The position numbers and the translations under genes were made by a program. From NCBI GenBank assembly GCA_902535975.1, contig CACAVP010000003.1, positions 2,533-66,532 on the forward strand: DNA of 64,000 nt, read 5' to 3'. The notes under the pieces are model-generated. The model was given only the letters and a program-made list of their open reading frames with translations. It was not told the origin of the DNA and searched no databases. Source of the DNA: an uncultured Gammaproteobacteria bacterium. Lineage in GTDB: Bacteria; Pseudomonadota; Gammaproteobacteria; GCA-002705445; GCA-002716945. Shown here one piece after another: positions 40,853 to 50,293 of the stretch (positions within the stretch are counted from its first letter, which is position 1; each line of letters starts with the position of its first letter).

Positions 40853-40942
40853 GAAAAACCCTATACCTAAGGTCATTTTTTCTGTTTAACCTTAAATCTC
40901 ATGGGTTATAATGCACCATATAATTTAATATCTTAGAAGTAT

Positions 40943-42484
40943 ATGAATAAAGATCATTTAATAATATTTGATACTACATTGAGAGACGGTGAGCAAAGTC
41001 CTGGAGCTTCAATGGATATCGAAGAGAAAATACAAATTGCTAATGCATTGAGTGATCTTAATGTCGATGTCATTGAAGCTGGTTTTCCAATTGCAAGTAA
41101 TGGAGATTATAGTGCCGTCAAAGAAATAGCTGACAGCATATCTAATTCAAGAATTTGCGCGCTTGCAAGAGCTCTGGAGAAGGATATTCTCAGAGCAGCC
41201 GATGCATTAAAGAATGCCAAATACTCAAGAATACATACTTTCATTGCAACTTCGCCAATACATATGGAAATGAAATTAAAAATGTCTCCAGAAGAAGTTA
41301 TCAAGAATGCCGTTAATGCAGTTAAGATGGCTAGGGATCATGTTGAAGACGTTGAATTTTCTCCCGAAGATGCCGGGAGATCAGATTTTAATTTTCTTTG
41401 TAAAATTATAGAGAAAGTTATTGATGCAGGAGCTTCTACAATTAATATACCTGATACTGTGGGTTATAATCTTCCACATCAGTTTGGTGATCTCATATCA
41501 AGAATTATTGATAATGTTCCCAATTCAAATGATGCAATTTTTTCAGTCCACTGTCACAACGATCTTGGATTAGCAGTTTCCAATTCTCTATCATCGGTAT
41601 TGAATGGCGCAAGGCAAGTTGAATGCACTATCAATGGGTTAGGTGAAAGAGCGGGTAATGCTGCACTTGAGGAGATAGTTATGACTGTGAAAACTCGCAG
41701 AGATATTTTTTCATGCGATACTAGGATAAATACAAAAAAGATTATGAATTGCTCAAGGCTTGTATCAAGCATAACAGGTTTTCCTGTCCAGCCAAATAAA
41801 GCAATTGTTGGTAAGAATGCTTTTGCGCATGAATCAGGAATTCATCAAGATGGAATAATTAAATCAAGAGAAACTTATGAAATCATGAAAGCTGAAGATA
41901 TCGGACTGCTAAGTAATTCATTAGTCCTGGGCAAACACTCAGGCCGTAATGCCTTTAAGCAGAAACTTGATGAACTTAACATTCAATATACATCTGATGA
42001 TGCATTCAATGATTTATTCACCAGGTTCAAGGAGCTTGCAGATAAAAAACATGAAATATATGATGAGGACATAATCCGACTATCCAATAATATCCCTCTA
42101 ACAGGTGACGATATACAATTGAGTTACATGTCGGTTGTTTGTGATTCACACAAAAAACCAAATGCTAAGATTAAGCTAAGTATCAAAGGCGAAGAAAGAG
42201 AGGCTACAGCTGAGGGTGACGGTGCTGTGGATGCTGCTTTTAATGCAATCAAAGCAATTATAGATCTTAAGGTAGACCTTAGGTTATATTCAGTGAATAA
42301 TATAACTTCAGGCACTGATGCACAGGGTGAAGTAACAGTTAGAGTTGTAAAAGATGAGCTTATTGTTAACGGGCATGGCGCTGATACGGATATTGTGAAA
42401 GCATCTGTTTTAGCTTACCTAAATGCAATAAACAAAATTTATCAGAATCCTGATCTTGCTACAAAAAAATTGTCGGGTATATAA
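40943..42484 (+). CDS. leuA: 2-isopropylmalate synthase
   Basis: 513 aa (FDTTLRDGEQSPG, HCHNDLGLA, C-terminal LeuA dimerisation/regulatory domain). Confidence 0.95.
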   Translation: MNKDHLIIFDTTLRDGEQSPGASMDIEEKIQIANALSDLNVDVIEAGFPIASNGDYSAVKEIADSISNSRICALARALEKDILRAADALKNAKYSRIHTFIATSPIHMEMKLKMSPEEVIKNAVNAVKMARDHVEDVEFSPEDAGRSDFNFLCKIIEKVIDAGASTINIPDTVGYNLPHQFGDLISRIIDNVPNSNDAIFSVHCHNDLGLAVSNSLSSVLNGARQVECTINGLGERAGNAALEEIVMTVKTRRDIFSCDTRINTKKIMNCSRLVSSITGFPVQPNKAIVGKNAFAHESGIHQDGIIKSRETYEIMKAEDIGLLSNSLVLGKHSGRNAFKQKLDELNIQYTSDDAFNDLFTRFKELADKKHEIYDEDIIRLSNNIPLTGDDIQLSYMSVVCDSHKKPNAKIKLSIKGEEREATAEGDGAVDAAFNAIKAIIDLKVDLRLYSVNNITSGTDAQGEVTVRVVKDELIVNGHGADTDIVKASVLAYLNAINKIYQNPDLATKKLSGI

Positions 42485-43122
42485 TGTCACGGAAGCATGA
42501 GTTATTAAACCTTATGAATATCGATACTTCATGGATGAAAAACATACCTAATGGCAAAATGAATTTGTTAAGCTTTAACAACCTTGAATTGGAAGCTAAA
42601 AACTGTGATGCATGCTCATTATCGAATACAAGGAATAATGTAGTTTTCGGTAAAGGCGACCAAAAAGCTAAAGTGCTTATAATTGGTGAAGCTCCTGGGA
42701 AAGATGAAGACCTGAGCGGTGAACCTTTTGTTGGAAGGGCTGGTAAACTTCTTAACGAAATACTGTTCTCAATGAAACTTTCAAGAGACAATGTTTATAT
42801 CACGAATACTGTTAAATGCAGACCGCCAGAGAACAGAAATCCTAATAGTGATGAAATCAATTCGTGCTCAAGATTCTTGGATGGACAGATTAGTTTAATT
42901 TCCCCCTCTATTATTATCCTTTTGGGTAAAGTTGCTGCTGAGAGACTCATGAATACATCTGAACCAATGTCCTTCTTAAGAGGCAAAGTGCATTATTATA
43001 AAAACACTGATATACCTATGTTGGTATTTTATCATCCGGCATATTTATTGAGAAGTCCTTCAGAAAAAAGTAAAGTTTGGGATGATATCTTGTTAATGAA
43101 AAGCATTACCCATGGCAGTTAA
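42484..43122 (+). CDS. udg: Uracil-DNA glycosylase, family 4
   Basis: Contains the GEAPG motif and Cys residues for a 4Fe-4S cluster (CDAC...VKCRPP...C). The start could be an internal Met. Confidence 0.8.
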   Translation: MSRKHELLNLMNIDTSWMKNIPNGKMNLLSFNNLELEAKNCDACSLSNTRNNVVFGKGDQKAKVLIIGEAPGKDEDLSGEPFVGRAGKLLNEILFSMKLSRDNVYITNTVKCRPPENRNPNSDEINSCSRFLDGQISLISPSIIILLGKVAAERLMNTSEPMSFLRGKVHYYKNTDIPMLVFYHPAYLLRSPSEKSKVWDDILLMKSITHGS

Positions 43123-43573
43123 AAGTTCAGAACTATATAGATTCATTCCAATGAGAGTGAAGGACTTAGATATGATTTATGAGCTCGAGATAAAATCATA
43201 TGATTTTCCTTGGACCAAGGAAATTTTAAGAGACTGTATTCTTTACAACTATGATTCATATTCCGTTTTCTTTGGAGATGAGATTGTAGGTTACATAATT
43301 TCAAAGATTTCATATCCTGAGACTCATATCCTTAATCTTACTGTCAACTCGCAATTTAGAAACAATGGCATTGGAGGCTCTTTGGTACAACTCATCATAA
43401 ATGATGCTCGAATAAGGAATTCTCAAGATATAATCCTTGAAGTAAGGTCTAGTAATAAAATAGCTCAATCACTATATAAAAAACTGTTATTTAAACAAAT
43501 TGGAGTCAGAAAGGATTATTACGATTGTAATGAAGGCAGAGAAGATGCCTATGTACTCAAATTAGAGTTATAG
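43112..43573 (+). CDS. rimI: Ribosomal-protein-alanine N-acetyltransferase
   Basis: 153-aa GNAT fold (QFRNNGIGGSL). Confidence 0.8.
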   Translation: MAVKSSELYRFIPMRVKDLDMIYELEIKSYDFPWTKEILRDCILYNYDSYSVFFGDEIVGYIISKISYPETHILNLTVNSQFRNNGIGGSLVQLIINDARIRNSQDIILEVRSSNKIAQSLYKKLLFKQIGVRKDYYDCNEGREDAYVLKLEL

Positions 43574-43834
43574 CTCATTGGGAGACTTTGCAGTTATCGA
43601 AAGTGCATGGATTTCAGTTTTCATCAACTTGTCTAATGTCTTGTAAATTAATTTATGCCTGTTAATCACACTCATATTGTCAAAAAACTTAGATACGATA
43701 TATAGCTTAAAATGCCCGCCAGATTTCGCTCCGGCGTGGCCGACATGTAGATGGCCCTCATCTTCGATATCTATCTTTGATGGCTCGAGACACGATAAAT
43801 CATGTTTTATCATTTTAATTCTTTCTTCGGTCAT
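43568..43834 (-). CDS. BolA family protein
   Basis: 88 aa with HVGHAG...HF and RHKLIY motifs typical of BolA/IbaG. Confidence 0.82.
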   Translation of the reverse strand: MTEERIKMIKHDLSCLEPSKIDIEDEGHLHVGHAGAKSGGHFKLYIVSKFFDNMSVINRHKLIYKTLDKLMKTEIHALSITAKSPNEL

Positions 43835-43877
43835 ATTTGTATTATATGTTAAAATATTAATATGACAGATAGAAAAT

Positions 43878-44882
43878 ATGTCTAAAGATATTGTTTTTTC
43901 GGGGGTACAACCTACAGGGGAAATTCACCTAGGCAACTATTTAGGTGCAATCAAACAGTTTCTTAACTTTCAAAATGATTGCGATTCAATTTTTTGTATT
44001 GTCGACCAACATGCTATAACTATCTTTCAGGATCCAAATGAACTAAAAGAAAATGTTTTGAGTGTATTGGCTATATTTCTGGCTTCAGGCTTAGATCCAA
44101 AAAAATGTATCATCTTCAACCAGGCATCAGTTAGAGAACACAGTGTTCTGTCATGGTATCTAAGTTGTACTGCTCGAGTTGGATGGCTGAATCGTATGAC
44201 TCAGTTCAAAGATAAAGCCGGAAAGAATAGAGATAACGCATCACTTGGCCTATACGCATATCCAGTGTTAATGGCTGCTGATATTCTGCTTTATCACGCA
44301 GATAAAGTGCCTGTCGGAGATGATCAAAAACAGCACTTAGAGCTCACAAGAGACATTGCTCATAAATTCAATACTGACTACAATCATGAATACTTTAAAC
44401 TCCCCGATCCAATTATAAATAAAGATGCGCCAAGAATTATGAGCTTAAGAGATGCAAATAATAAAATGAGTAAGTCCGATGTATCAAAATATTCAAGGAT
44501 TCTTCTAACAGATTCTAACGATGAGATATCAACTAAAATCAGCAAAGCAAAATCTGATTCACTAAAGATGCCTTCATCTAGCGATGAACTCTCTGAGAGA
44601 CCTGAAATTAACAATTTAATTACAATATATAGCTCTATATCAAATATTGATAAAGACAGTGTTATTAATCTCTTCTGTGGTAAAGAGATATCTTTCTTCA
44701 AATCTGAACTAAAAGACATTGTTATAAGTTTGGTTGAGCCAATTTCAAGCAATATAAATGAAATTAAATCTGACATATCATTTTTGAAAACTACTTTAGA
44801 GGACGGAGCTATGCAAGCAACGGAGAGAGCAAGGAAAACAATTGATGAAGTAAATAAATTAATAGGATTTAGTATTGACTGA
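43878..44882 (+). CDS. trpS: Tryptophan--tRNA ligase
   Basis: 334-aa class I synthetase (GEIHLGNYLG for HIGH, KMSKS present). Confidence 0.95.
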   Translation: MSKDIVFSGVQPTGEIHLGNYLGAIKQFLNFQNDCDSIFCIVDQHAITIFQDPNELKENVLSVLAIFLASGLDPKKCIIFNQASVREHSVLSWYLSCTARVGWLNRMTQFKDKAGKNRDNASLGLYAYPVLMAADILLYHADKVPVGDDQKQHLELTRDIAHKFNTDYNHEYFKLPDPIINKDAPRIMSLRDANNKMSKSDVSKYSRILLTDSNDEISTKISKAKSDSLKMPSSSDELSERPEINNLITIYSSISNIDKDSVINLFCGKEISFFKSELKDIVISLVEPISSNINEIKSDISFLKTTLEDGAMQATERARKTIDEVNKLIGFSID

Positions 44883-45645
44883 TATAACTGCAATATATAA
44901 TGGTAAGAAGATTTCTCAATTACCCGAGGACCTATTTATTCCACCAGAATATCTTCGAATTATTTTAGAGGAATTTGAGGGTCCGTTGGATCTCTTATTA
45001 TACCTTATAAAAAAACAAAATATTGACATCACTGATTTACCTATTTTTCCTATCACAGAACAATATATGAGCTACATATCTATTATGGAAGAAATGCATT
45101 TTGAACTTGCTTCAGATTACCTTGTTATGGCATCCACATTAACAGAGATTAAATCCAGACTCTTGTTACCAGCTGATGCAGAGGATGAGGAAGAGGATGA
45201 TCCGAGAGCTAGCCTTATCAAAAGACTCTTGGAGTATCAGAAATACAAAAATGCCTCTGAAAAACTTGAGACTCTACCCAGAAATTATAGGGATTTTTAT
45301 GTAGTTACTAATGGTGTTGATTCAGTTAAATCAAAAGTTATTGAGACACCAGACTTTAAAATTGAACAATTAAAATCAGCATTCATTGAGGTCTTAAAAA
45401 GGGCAGAGATATTTTCCACACATAATATACAGTCGGAGACTCTATCTGTCAGAGAGAGGATGTCTTCAATATTATCAGGCTTAAAATTAAATGATAACAT
45501 TCTGTTTGGCGAACTCTTCAATGTGAAAGAGGGACGATTAGGAGTGATAGTTACATTCTTAGCTATATTAGAACTAGTGAAAGAATCACTTATCGATATC
45601 ACTCAAAATGAATCGATGTCTAATATATACATTGGGTTAAAATAA
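44875..45645 (+). CDS. scpA: Segregation and condensation protein A
   Basis: 256 aa (FEGPLDLLLYLIKKQNIDI), followed by scpB. Confidence 0.88.
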   Translation: MTDITAIYNGKKISQLPEDLFIPPEYLRIILEEFEGPLDLLLYLIKKQNIDITDLPIFPITEQYMSYISIMEEMHFELASDYLVMASTLTEIKSRLLLPADAEDEEEDDPRASLIKRLLEYQKYKNASEKLETLPRNYRDFYVVTNGVDSVKSKVIETPDFKIEQLKSAFIEVLKRAEIFSTHNIQSETLSVRERMSSILSGLKLNDNILFGELFNVKEGRLGVIVTFLAILELVKESLIDITQNESMSNIYIGLK

Positions 45646-46166
45646 TGAGCTATTCTCTAGAGAATATAATTGAGTGCCTGCTGTTAGTCAGCGATGAGCC
45701 TCTTACTGTGAATCAAATACTAAAAATACTTGATGATAAAAAAATCACCAAAAAGAAAATTGAATTGAGCATTAGTAATCTGAATGAAAGATATATAGAT
45801 AGAGCTATCCATATCAAACAAGTTGCAAGTGGTTATCGGTTTCAAGCAAAGACTGGCTTAGAAGCATACATTTCAAAGCTCAAAGATAAAGGAACTAACA
45901 GATTTTCAAAAGCATTTCTTGAGACAACCGCGATAATTGCTTATAAGCAGCCAGTAACAAGAGGAGATATTGAGGATATCAGAGGTATATCTATCAATTC
46001 AAATATTATTAGGACATTATTGGAGCTAGAGTGGATTAAAGTTGTTGGACACAGAGAAACACCTGGTAAACCTGAGTTATTCGCAACTACTTCGAAATTT
46101 TTAGACTACTTTGATAAAAATACGCTATCAGATTTACCTGAGATTTCTGATGTGGATTCTCTTTAG
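45645..46166 (+). CDS. scpB: Segregation and condensation protein B
   Basis: 173 aa with tandem winged-helix pattern (ETTAIIAYKQPVTRGDIEDIRG). Confidence 0.88.
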   Translation: MSYSLENIIECLLLVSDEPLTVNQILKILDDKKITKKKIELSISNLNERYIDRAIHIKQVASGYRFQAKTGLEAYISKLKDKGTNRFSKAFLETTAIIAYKQPVTRGDIEDIRGISINSNIIRTLLELEWIKVVGHRETPGKPELFATTSKFLDYFDKNTLSDLPEISDVDSL

Positions 46167-46667
46167 TTACTCATTCAGTCTAGGCATTAGCATTACAAGA
46201 TTACAAGGTTTTGTATCACTATTTAGTTGATGAGTTATTATATCTTGCCATGCAGTTATACATGCATCCACTGATCCAGGCAGTACAAAAATGAATGTTT
46301 TGTTCGCAACACCTGCAAGTGCCCTTGACTGAAGAGAAGAGGTTTTAATCTTTTCAAAAGACTTTTGTCTAAATAGTTCACCAAAACCATCTATAGTCTT
46401 ATCCATCAATGGTATTACTGCTTCAGGTGTTCCATCTGAGCCAGTTATACCAGTTCCCCCGCTCAGTATTATTACATCAACCTTATTATCAATAATATTG
46501 TCAGATACAACTTTCCTGATTTCATAAATATTATCTCTAACAATAGTTTTATCTAAAACGACATGCCCATCATTTTCTATGAGATGTTTGAGTTTTTTAC
46601 CTGACTTATCTGTATCATCTGTCCTGGTATCAGATACAATTACAATTACAATATTAAGTTTTTTCAT
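46167..46667 (-). CDS. Molybdenum cofactor biosynthesis protein (MogA/MoaB family)
   Basis: 166 aa with an MoCF-biosynthesis domain (SGGTGITGSDGTPEA). Confidence 0.82.
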   Translation of the reverse strand: MKKLNIVIVIVSDTRTDDTDKSGKKLKHLIENDGHVVLDKTIVRDNIYEIRKVVSDNIIDNKVDVIILSGGTGITGSDGTPEAVIPLMDKTIDGFGELFRQKSFEKIKTSSLQSRALAGVANKTFIFVLPGSVDACITAWQDIITHQLNSDTKPCNLVMLMPRLNE

Positions 46668-46697
46668 GATTTATTAATATAATCAATTATTAAGAAT

Positions 46698-47402
46698 ATG
46701 TATAGGGTACAAAAATTACTTTCCAAGATTGGCTACTGTTCAAGAAGATCTGCGGAACAACTTATTGAATCTGGTAAAATAAAGATCAATGACAAAATAG
46801 TGTCTCTGGGCGATAAATGGTATCGAGGAGATATAGTTAAGGTCAATGAAAAGCAGATTGATTTGACATTAGCATTAGACCAAGTCGTTGAAATCATAAA
46901 ATATTATAAGCCAATTGGGGAAGTTGTAAGCATGAGAGATTCACATAATTCAAACAGTGTATTTGATCATTTACCTGATGTTAAAGGAAAGTGGATAAAT
47001 ATCGGCAGATTAGATTTAAATACTTCAGGTTTAATTTTGTTTACAAACAATGGTGATCTTGCAAACAAAATAATGCATCCATCTAATAATTTCGATAGAG
47101 AATACCTTGTAGAAACTGATAAACCTATTCCGCACGACTCTATGAGTGCCTTACTAAAGGGGGTTCCTATAAATGATGGTCAGATCGGTAAATTTAATCA
47201 CATATCAAAAAAGAGAACTAAGATATATAGCGTTATCTTATCAACAGGTAAAAACAGAGAAATACGAAATTCTCTAACACAAGTTAGAATAAAGACCATA
47301 TCTTTACATAGAATTAGATATTCACAAATTTTGCTAGGAGATCTAGAACCAGGAGAGTATAGAAATTTAAATATTTCAGAAAGAGCTAGTTTTTCAATTT
47401 AA
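46698..47402 (+). CDS. rluB: rRNA pseudouridine synthase, RsuA/RluB family
   Basis: 234 aa with an N-terminal S4 domain (KLLSKIGYCSRR) and the catalytic GRLDLNTSGL motif. Assignment to rluB rather than rsuA or rluF is uncertain. Confidence 0.75.
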   Translation: MYRVQKLLSKIGYCSRRSAEQLIESGKIKINDKIVSLGDKWYRGDIVKVNEKQIDLTLALDQVVEIIKYYKPIGEVVSMRDSHNSNSVFDHLPDVKGKWINIGRLDLNTSGLILFTNNGDLANKIMHPSNNFDREYLVETDKPIPHDSMSALLKGVPINDGQIGKFNHISKKRTKIYSVILSTGKNREIRNSLTQVRIKTISLHRIRYSQILLGDLEPGEYRNLNISERASFSI

Positions 47403-47880
47403 CTTTTAGAACACCTATCCCTCCATCCCTGTCTATAGCAGTACATGCAGCGTTTACAATATTACAAGTTTTTATAAATGCCTGAGCCGTGATTTTTATT
47501 TTGGGTATTTTATCAATACTATTCTTTCCTTTTCCACAAATGATCTTTATAAATTTGATATCATGTGTGTATGCATATGAGAAAAAGTCGTTCAACTTAC
47601 TAATAGAATCTCTTATTGTCTCTCCATGTAAATCTATCTGAGTTTTAATATCTGCTATACTTTTCTTTTTTAGCTTGTTCAGCACATAATCTTGCACACC
47701 ATTACTTTTATATTCAAACTCTCCTAAACTATTATCAATAGTTGAAATATAGTCAAAATCACTATCTAAAGTGACCTCTTCATAATCCTTTATGACATCA
47801 TCAGAATTATCATTAAACTCTGTATCTTTTGAATTATTAAGCCATTCCTCTAATTCTTTAATTTTTTTGCCTTTTTTCAT
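47386..47880 (-). CDS. Smr-domain protein (SmrA/SmrB-like endonuclease)
   Basis: 164 aa with a C-terminal Smr domain (IDLHGETI...IICGKGKNS). Confidence 0.75.
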   Translation of the reverse strand: MKKGKKIKELEEWLNNSKDTEFNDNSDDVIKDYEEVTLDSDFDYISTIDNSLGEFEYKSNGVQDYVLNKLKKKSIADIKTQIDLHGETIRDSISKLNDFFSYAYTHDIKFIKIICGKGKNSIDKIPKIKITAQAFIKTCNIVNAACTAIDRDGGIGVLKVKLKN

Positions 47881-47931
47881 ACCAAATAGAGATATACTAT
47901 GATTTTCATCATATCTATATATGGAGTATTT

Positions 47932-48663
47932 GTGAATATATTGTTGTCAAATGATGACGGTTATAAATCTCTTGGACTAAAAGTTTTGAGAAGTGCTTTA
48001 GGTAATTTTGGAAATGTTCTTACAGTTTCACCCCACAAAGATATTAGCGCTTCAAGTAGCTGTCTTAGTGTTCATCGTCCTGTCAAAACCGTGATGATTT
48101 CTAAAAAATTATATAAGGTCTATGGCACCCCTGCTGATTGTGTTCACATAGGTAGCAGAGGTATATTAAAAAAGTATCCAGATGTCGTATTCAGTGGTAT
48201 AAATTTTGGTTCAAACATGGGTGATGATGTCGTTTATTCCGGCACTGTAGGTGCAGCTATTGAGGGTAGACATGCAAAACTAGGAAGCTATGCAATTTCC
48301 ATTAATTCGAGAGAACCTAAATATATAGATGATCTTCCGCTGAAGACTCAGTATGTATTAGATTATGTATTTACTAAACTAAAAACACTCAAGACAGTGT
48401 TTAATATTAATATTCCTGATATACCTTTTTCAAAAATAAAAGGTGTAAGAATCTCCAGGCTTGGCAAAAGAAAGATATCTAGAAAAGCAAAAAAAACTTT
48501 GATTAATAAAAATACCTTTTATGAAATTGGAGATGTTGGCATGGGTCTGTATAAGAAAGGTACTGATTTTCATAATACAAAAGAAGGTTATATCTCAGTT
48601 ACACCTATAATGATCGATATGACAGATATTGCGGTTTATAAGAAATTACAAAAATTAATATGA
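47932..48663 (+). CDS. surE: 5'/3'-nucleotidase SurE
   Basis: NILLSNDDG motif. The GTG at 47932 is preceded by GGAG and gives the canonical N-terminus, whereas the track start at 47899 adds an atypical extension. Confidence 0.88.
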   Translation: MNILLSNDDGYKSLGLKVLRSALGNFGNVLTVSPHKDISASSSCLSVHRPVKTVMISKKLYKVYGTPADCVHIGSRGILKKYPDVVFSGINFGSNMGDDVVYSGTVGAAIEGRHAKLGSYAISINSREPKYIDDLPLKTQYVLDYVFTKLKTLKTVFNINIPDIPFSKIKGVRISRLGKRKISRKAKKTLINKNTFYEIGDVGMGLYKKGTDFHNTKEGYISVTPIMIDMTDIAVYKKLQKLI

Positions 48664-49331
48664 ACATAAATGAAGTAAAAGGCGCAGGACTTACCTCCGA
48701 AGCAGTTAGAAGAAAATTAGGTGATGAATTAAAAACTTTAGGCATAAAAAATAATGAGGTAATAGATTTAGTATCAAGTATGCCGAGACATTTGTTCATT
48801 GATTCTGCATTAACAAATAGGGCATATGAGAATGTATCTTTACCAATAGGCTTTAGGCAGACAATATCTCAGCCCTATATAGTTGCAAAAATGACAGAAT
48901 TAATTCACGAAATGACTTCAATGAAAAATGTGTTAGAAATTGGAACAGGCTCAGGCTATCAAACATCAATTCTATCAATGCTGTTTGATAAAGTCACAAC
49001 TATTGAAAGAATAAAATCATTACATGATAAATCCAAAGAGAGATTATCAAAATTAGGTTTTAAAAATATATCTTATAAATTAGGAGATGGTCATCTAGGA
49101 CATAAAAATAATGCCCCATATGATGCAATTATTGTAACAGCTGCCGCGTCTAGCATTCCCTCATTGTTGGTCGAGCAACTATCAGTATCCGGACGAATTG
49201 TTCTGCCTATGAAAATGAATGATGGTCAGAGATTAATTAAACTTAAAAATACTAAGAGCGGATTGGTAAAGAAAATTATCGAAGAGGTAGTTTTTGTTCC
49301 TATGCTTGATGGCATTGAGAGTGATGAATAA
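48660..49331 (+). CDS. pcm: Protein-L-isoaspartate O-methyltransferase
   Basis: 223 aa with the SAM motif VLEIGTGSGYQT. The surE-pcm order matches E. coli. Confidence 0.92.
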   Translation: MNINEVKGAGLTSEAVRRKLGDELKTLGIKNNEVIDLVSSMPRHLFIDSALTNRAYENVSLPIGFRQTISQPYIVAKMTELIHEMTSMKNVLEIGTGSGYQTSILSMLFDKVTTIERIKSLHDKSKERLSKLGFKNISYKLGDGHLGHKNNAPYDAIIVTAAASSIPSLLVEQLSVSGRIVLPMKMNDGQRLIKLKNTKSGLVKKIIEEVVFVPMLDGIESDE

Positions 49332-49884
49332 GTATTTAGAATCTATTATCAATACATGCGGGTCTGTAAAAGCAATTTTGTATCTTAGGCTATTGAGTTT
49401 TACGGAGTCTATCTTTTTCCCAATTCCAACTGATGCACTCTTAGCACCGATGGTTATATCAGGTAAACATAATTGGATCAGTATATCTATTACAGCTACA
49501 ATTTGGTCAGTATTAGGGGGAATCGTTGGATACTACTTAGGCTATTATCTATACGATGTTATAGAGCCATATATATATAATCTTGGGAAATACGAGCAGT
49601 ATTTAATTGCTAAAAATTACTTTCAAACATATGGAATCGTTTTTCTATTCATAGCTGCGTTCACACCGATACCATACAAAGTTTTTACTATCTCAGCTGG
49701 AGTATTAGATTATAATATCATTCTGTTTATATTAATTTCAGTTATTGGTAGAGGAGCAAGATTTTTCCTTGTCTCAATTATCTGCTTCAAATATGGTCAA
49801 TATATGCTGATGGTTATTAATAAATATCTTTTATTGATTGGCACTATAATAATCATATTATTTGCTATTACGCTATGGATATAA
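49324..49884 (+). CDS. YqaA/DedA-type (SNARE-associated) membrane protein
   Basis: Contains ESIFFPIPTDALLAP and four or more TM helices. I prefer the start at 49324 (MNKYLES) to the track start inside pcm. Confidence 0.7.
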   Translation: MNKYLESIINTCGSVKAILYLRLLSFTESIFFPIPTDALLAPMVISGKHNWISISITATIWSVLGGIVGYYLGYYLYDVIEPYIYNLGKYEQYLIAKNYFQTYGIVFLFIAAFTPIPYKVFTISAGVLDYNIILFILISVIGRGARFFLVSIICFKYGQYMLMVINKYLLLIGTIIIILFAITLWI

Positions 49885-50247
49885 AATTGAGACAAAGGAT
49901 CTTTTTTCTGACAGTAATAGATTATGTGTTTTACAAGCAGACTCTGTGTTCATGAACTCTAGTCCTTTATTGAGTTTATGCATATGTTTTATTAGCTCCT
50001 GACTTAATATGATGTTTTTTTCACCTGTGCCAATCAGCACAAGATTCACTGATGCAAAATAATTCTGTAAATCTTTAATTGTTATAGATTCAGGTTTAAG
50101 AACAGAAAAAGTTGAAATATTATCCTGATGAAAAACTATTGGCTCAATATAGTTAGAATTTGAAAAATAAATAGTCTTATCTGAATATTTTTTTATATTA
50201 AAGTTATTATTATTCTTATCTTCAACGAGTTCCATAATACCAAGCAT
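49873..50247 (-). CDS. Mth938-like (DUF498) domain protein
   Basis: 124 aa. The LVLIGTGEK...GLEFMNTESACKTHNLL pattern is typical of Mth938/NDUFAF3-like proteins. Confidence 0.55.
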   Translation of the reverse strand: MLGIMELVEDKNNNNFNIKKYSDKTIYFSNSNYIEPIVFHQDNISTFSVLKPESITIKDLQNYFASVNLVLIGTGEKNIILSQELIKHMHKLNKGLEFMNTESACKTHNLLLSEKRSFVSILYP

Positions 50248-50293
50248 TTAAGATTTATTAGTGATATTATATCCTCATTATAGAGGAGTATGA

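Noticed and set aside
40853-40900. Possible intrinsic terminator after pssA (AGAAAAA...TTTTTCT around an ACC-TAA-GGT mini-stem followed by a T-run)
   Set aside because: The stems are only 3 bp of GC, or purely A/T with a 17-nt loop. That is too weak to call a terminator in an AT-rich background.
40901-40936. 11-codon mini-ORF (MGYNAPYNLIS*) in the pssA-leuA spacer, considered as a possible leucine leader peptide or attenuator
   Set aside because: It contains only one Leu codon, with no run of regulatory Leu codons. I could not find alternative terminator/antiterminator hairpins.
44384-44893. 169-aa ORF antisense to trpS, and similar long antisense ORFs: 13824-14282 in argJ, 31089-31457 in yeeE, 27856-28203 in yebC, 42459-42791 in udg, 56371-56697 in serS, 21088-21393 and 26981-27295
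   Set aside because: Each lies fully inside a confidently identified gene on the other strand. Their Ser/Leu/Ile-rich, low-complexity composition is what the reverse complement of Lys/Glu/Asp/Asn-rich coding sequence gives. None has start-site signals or any family resemblance.
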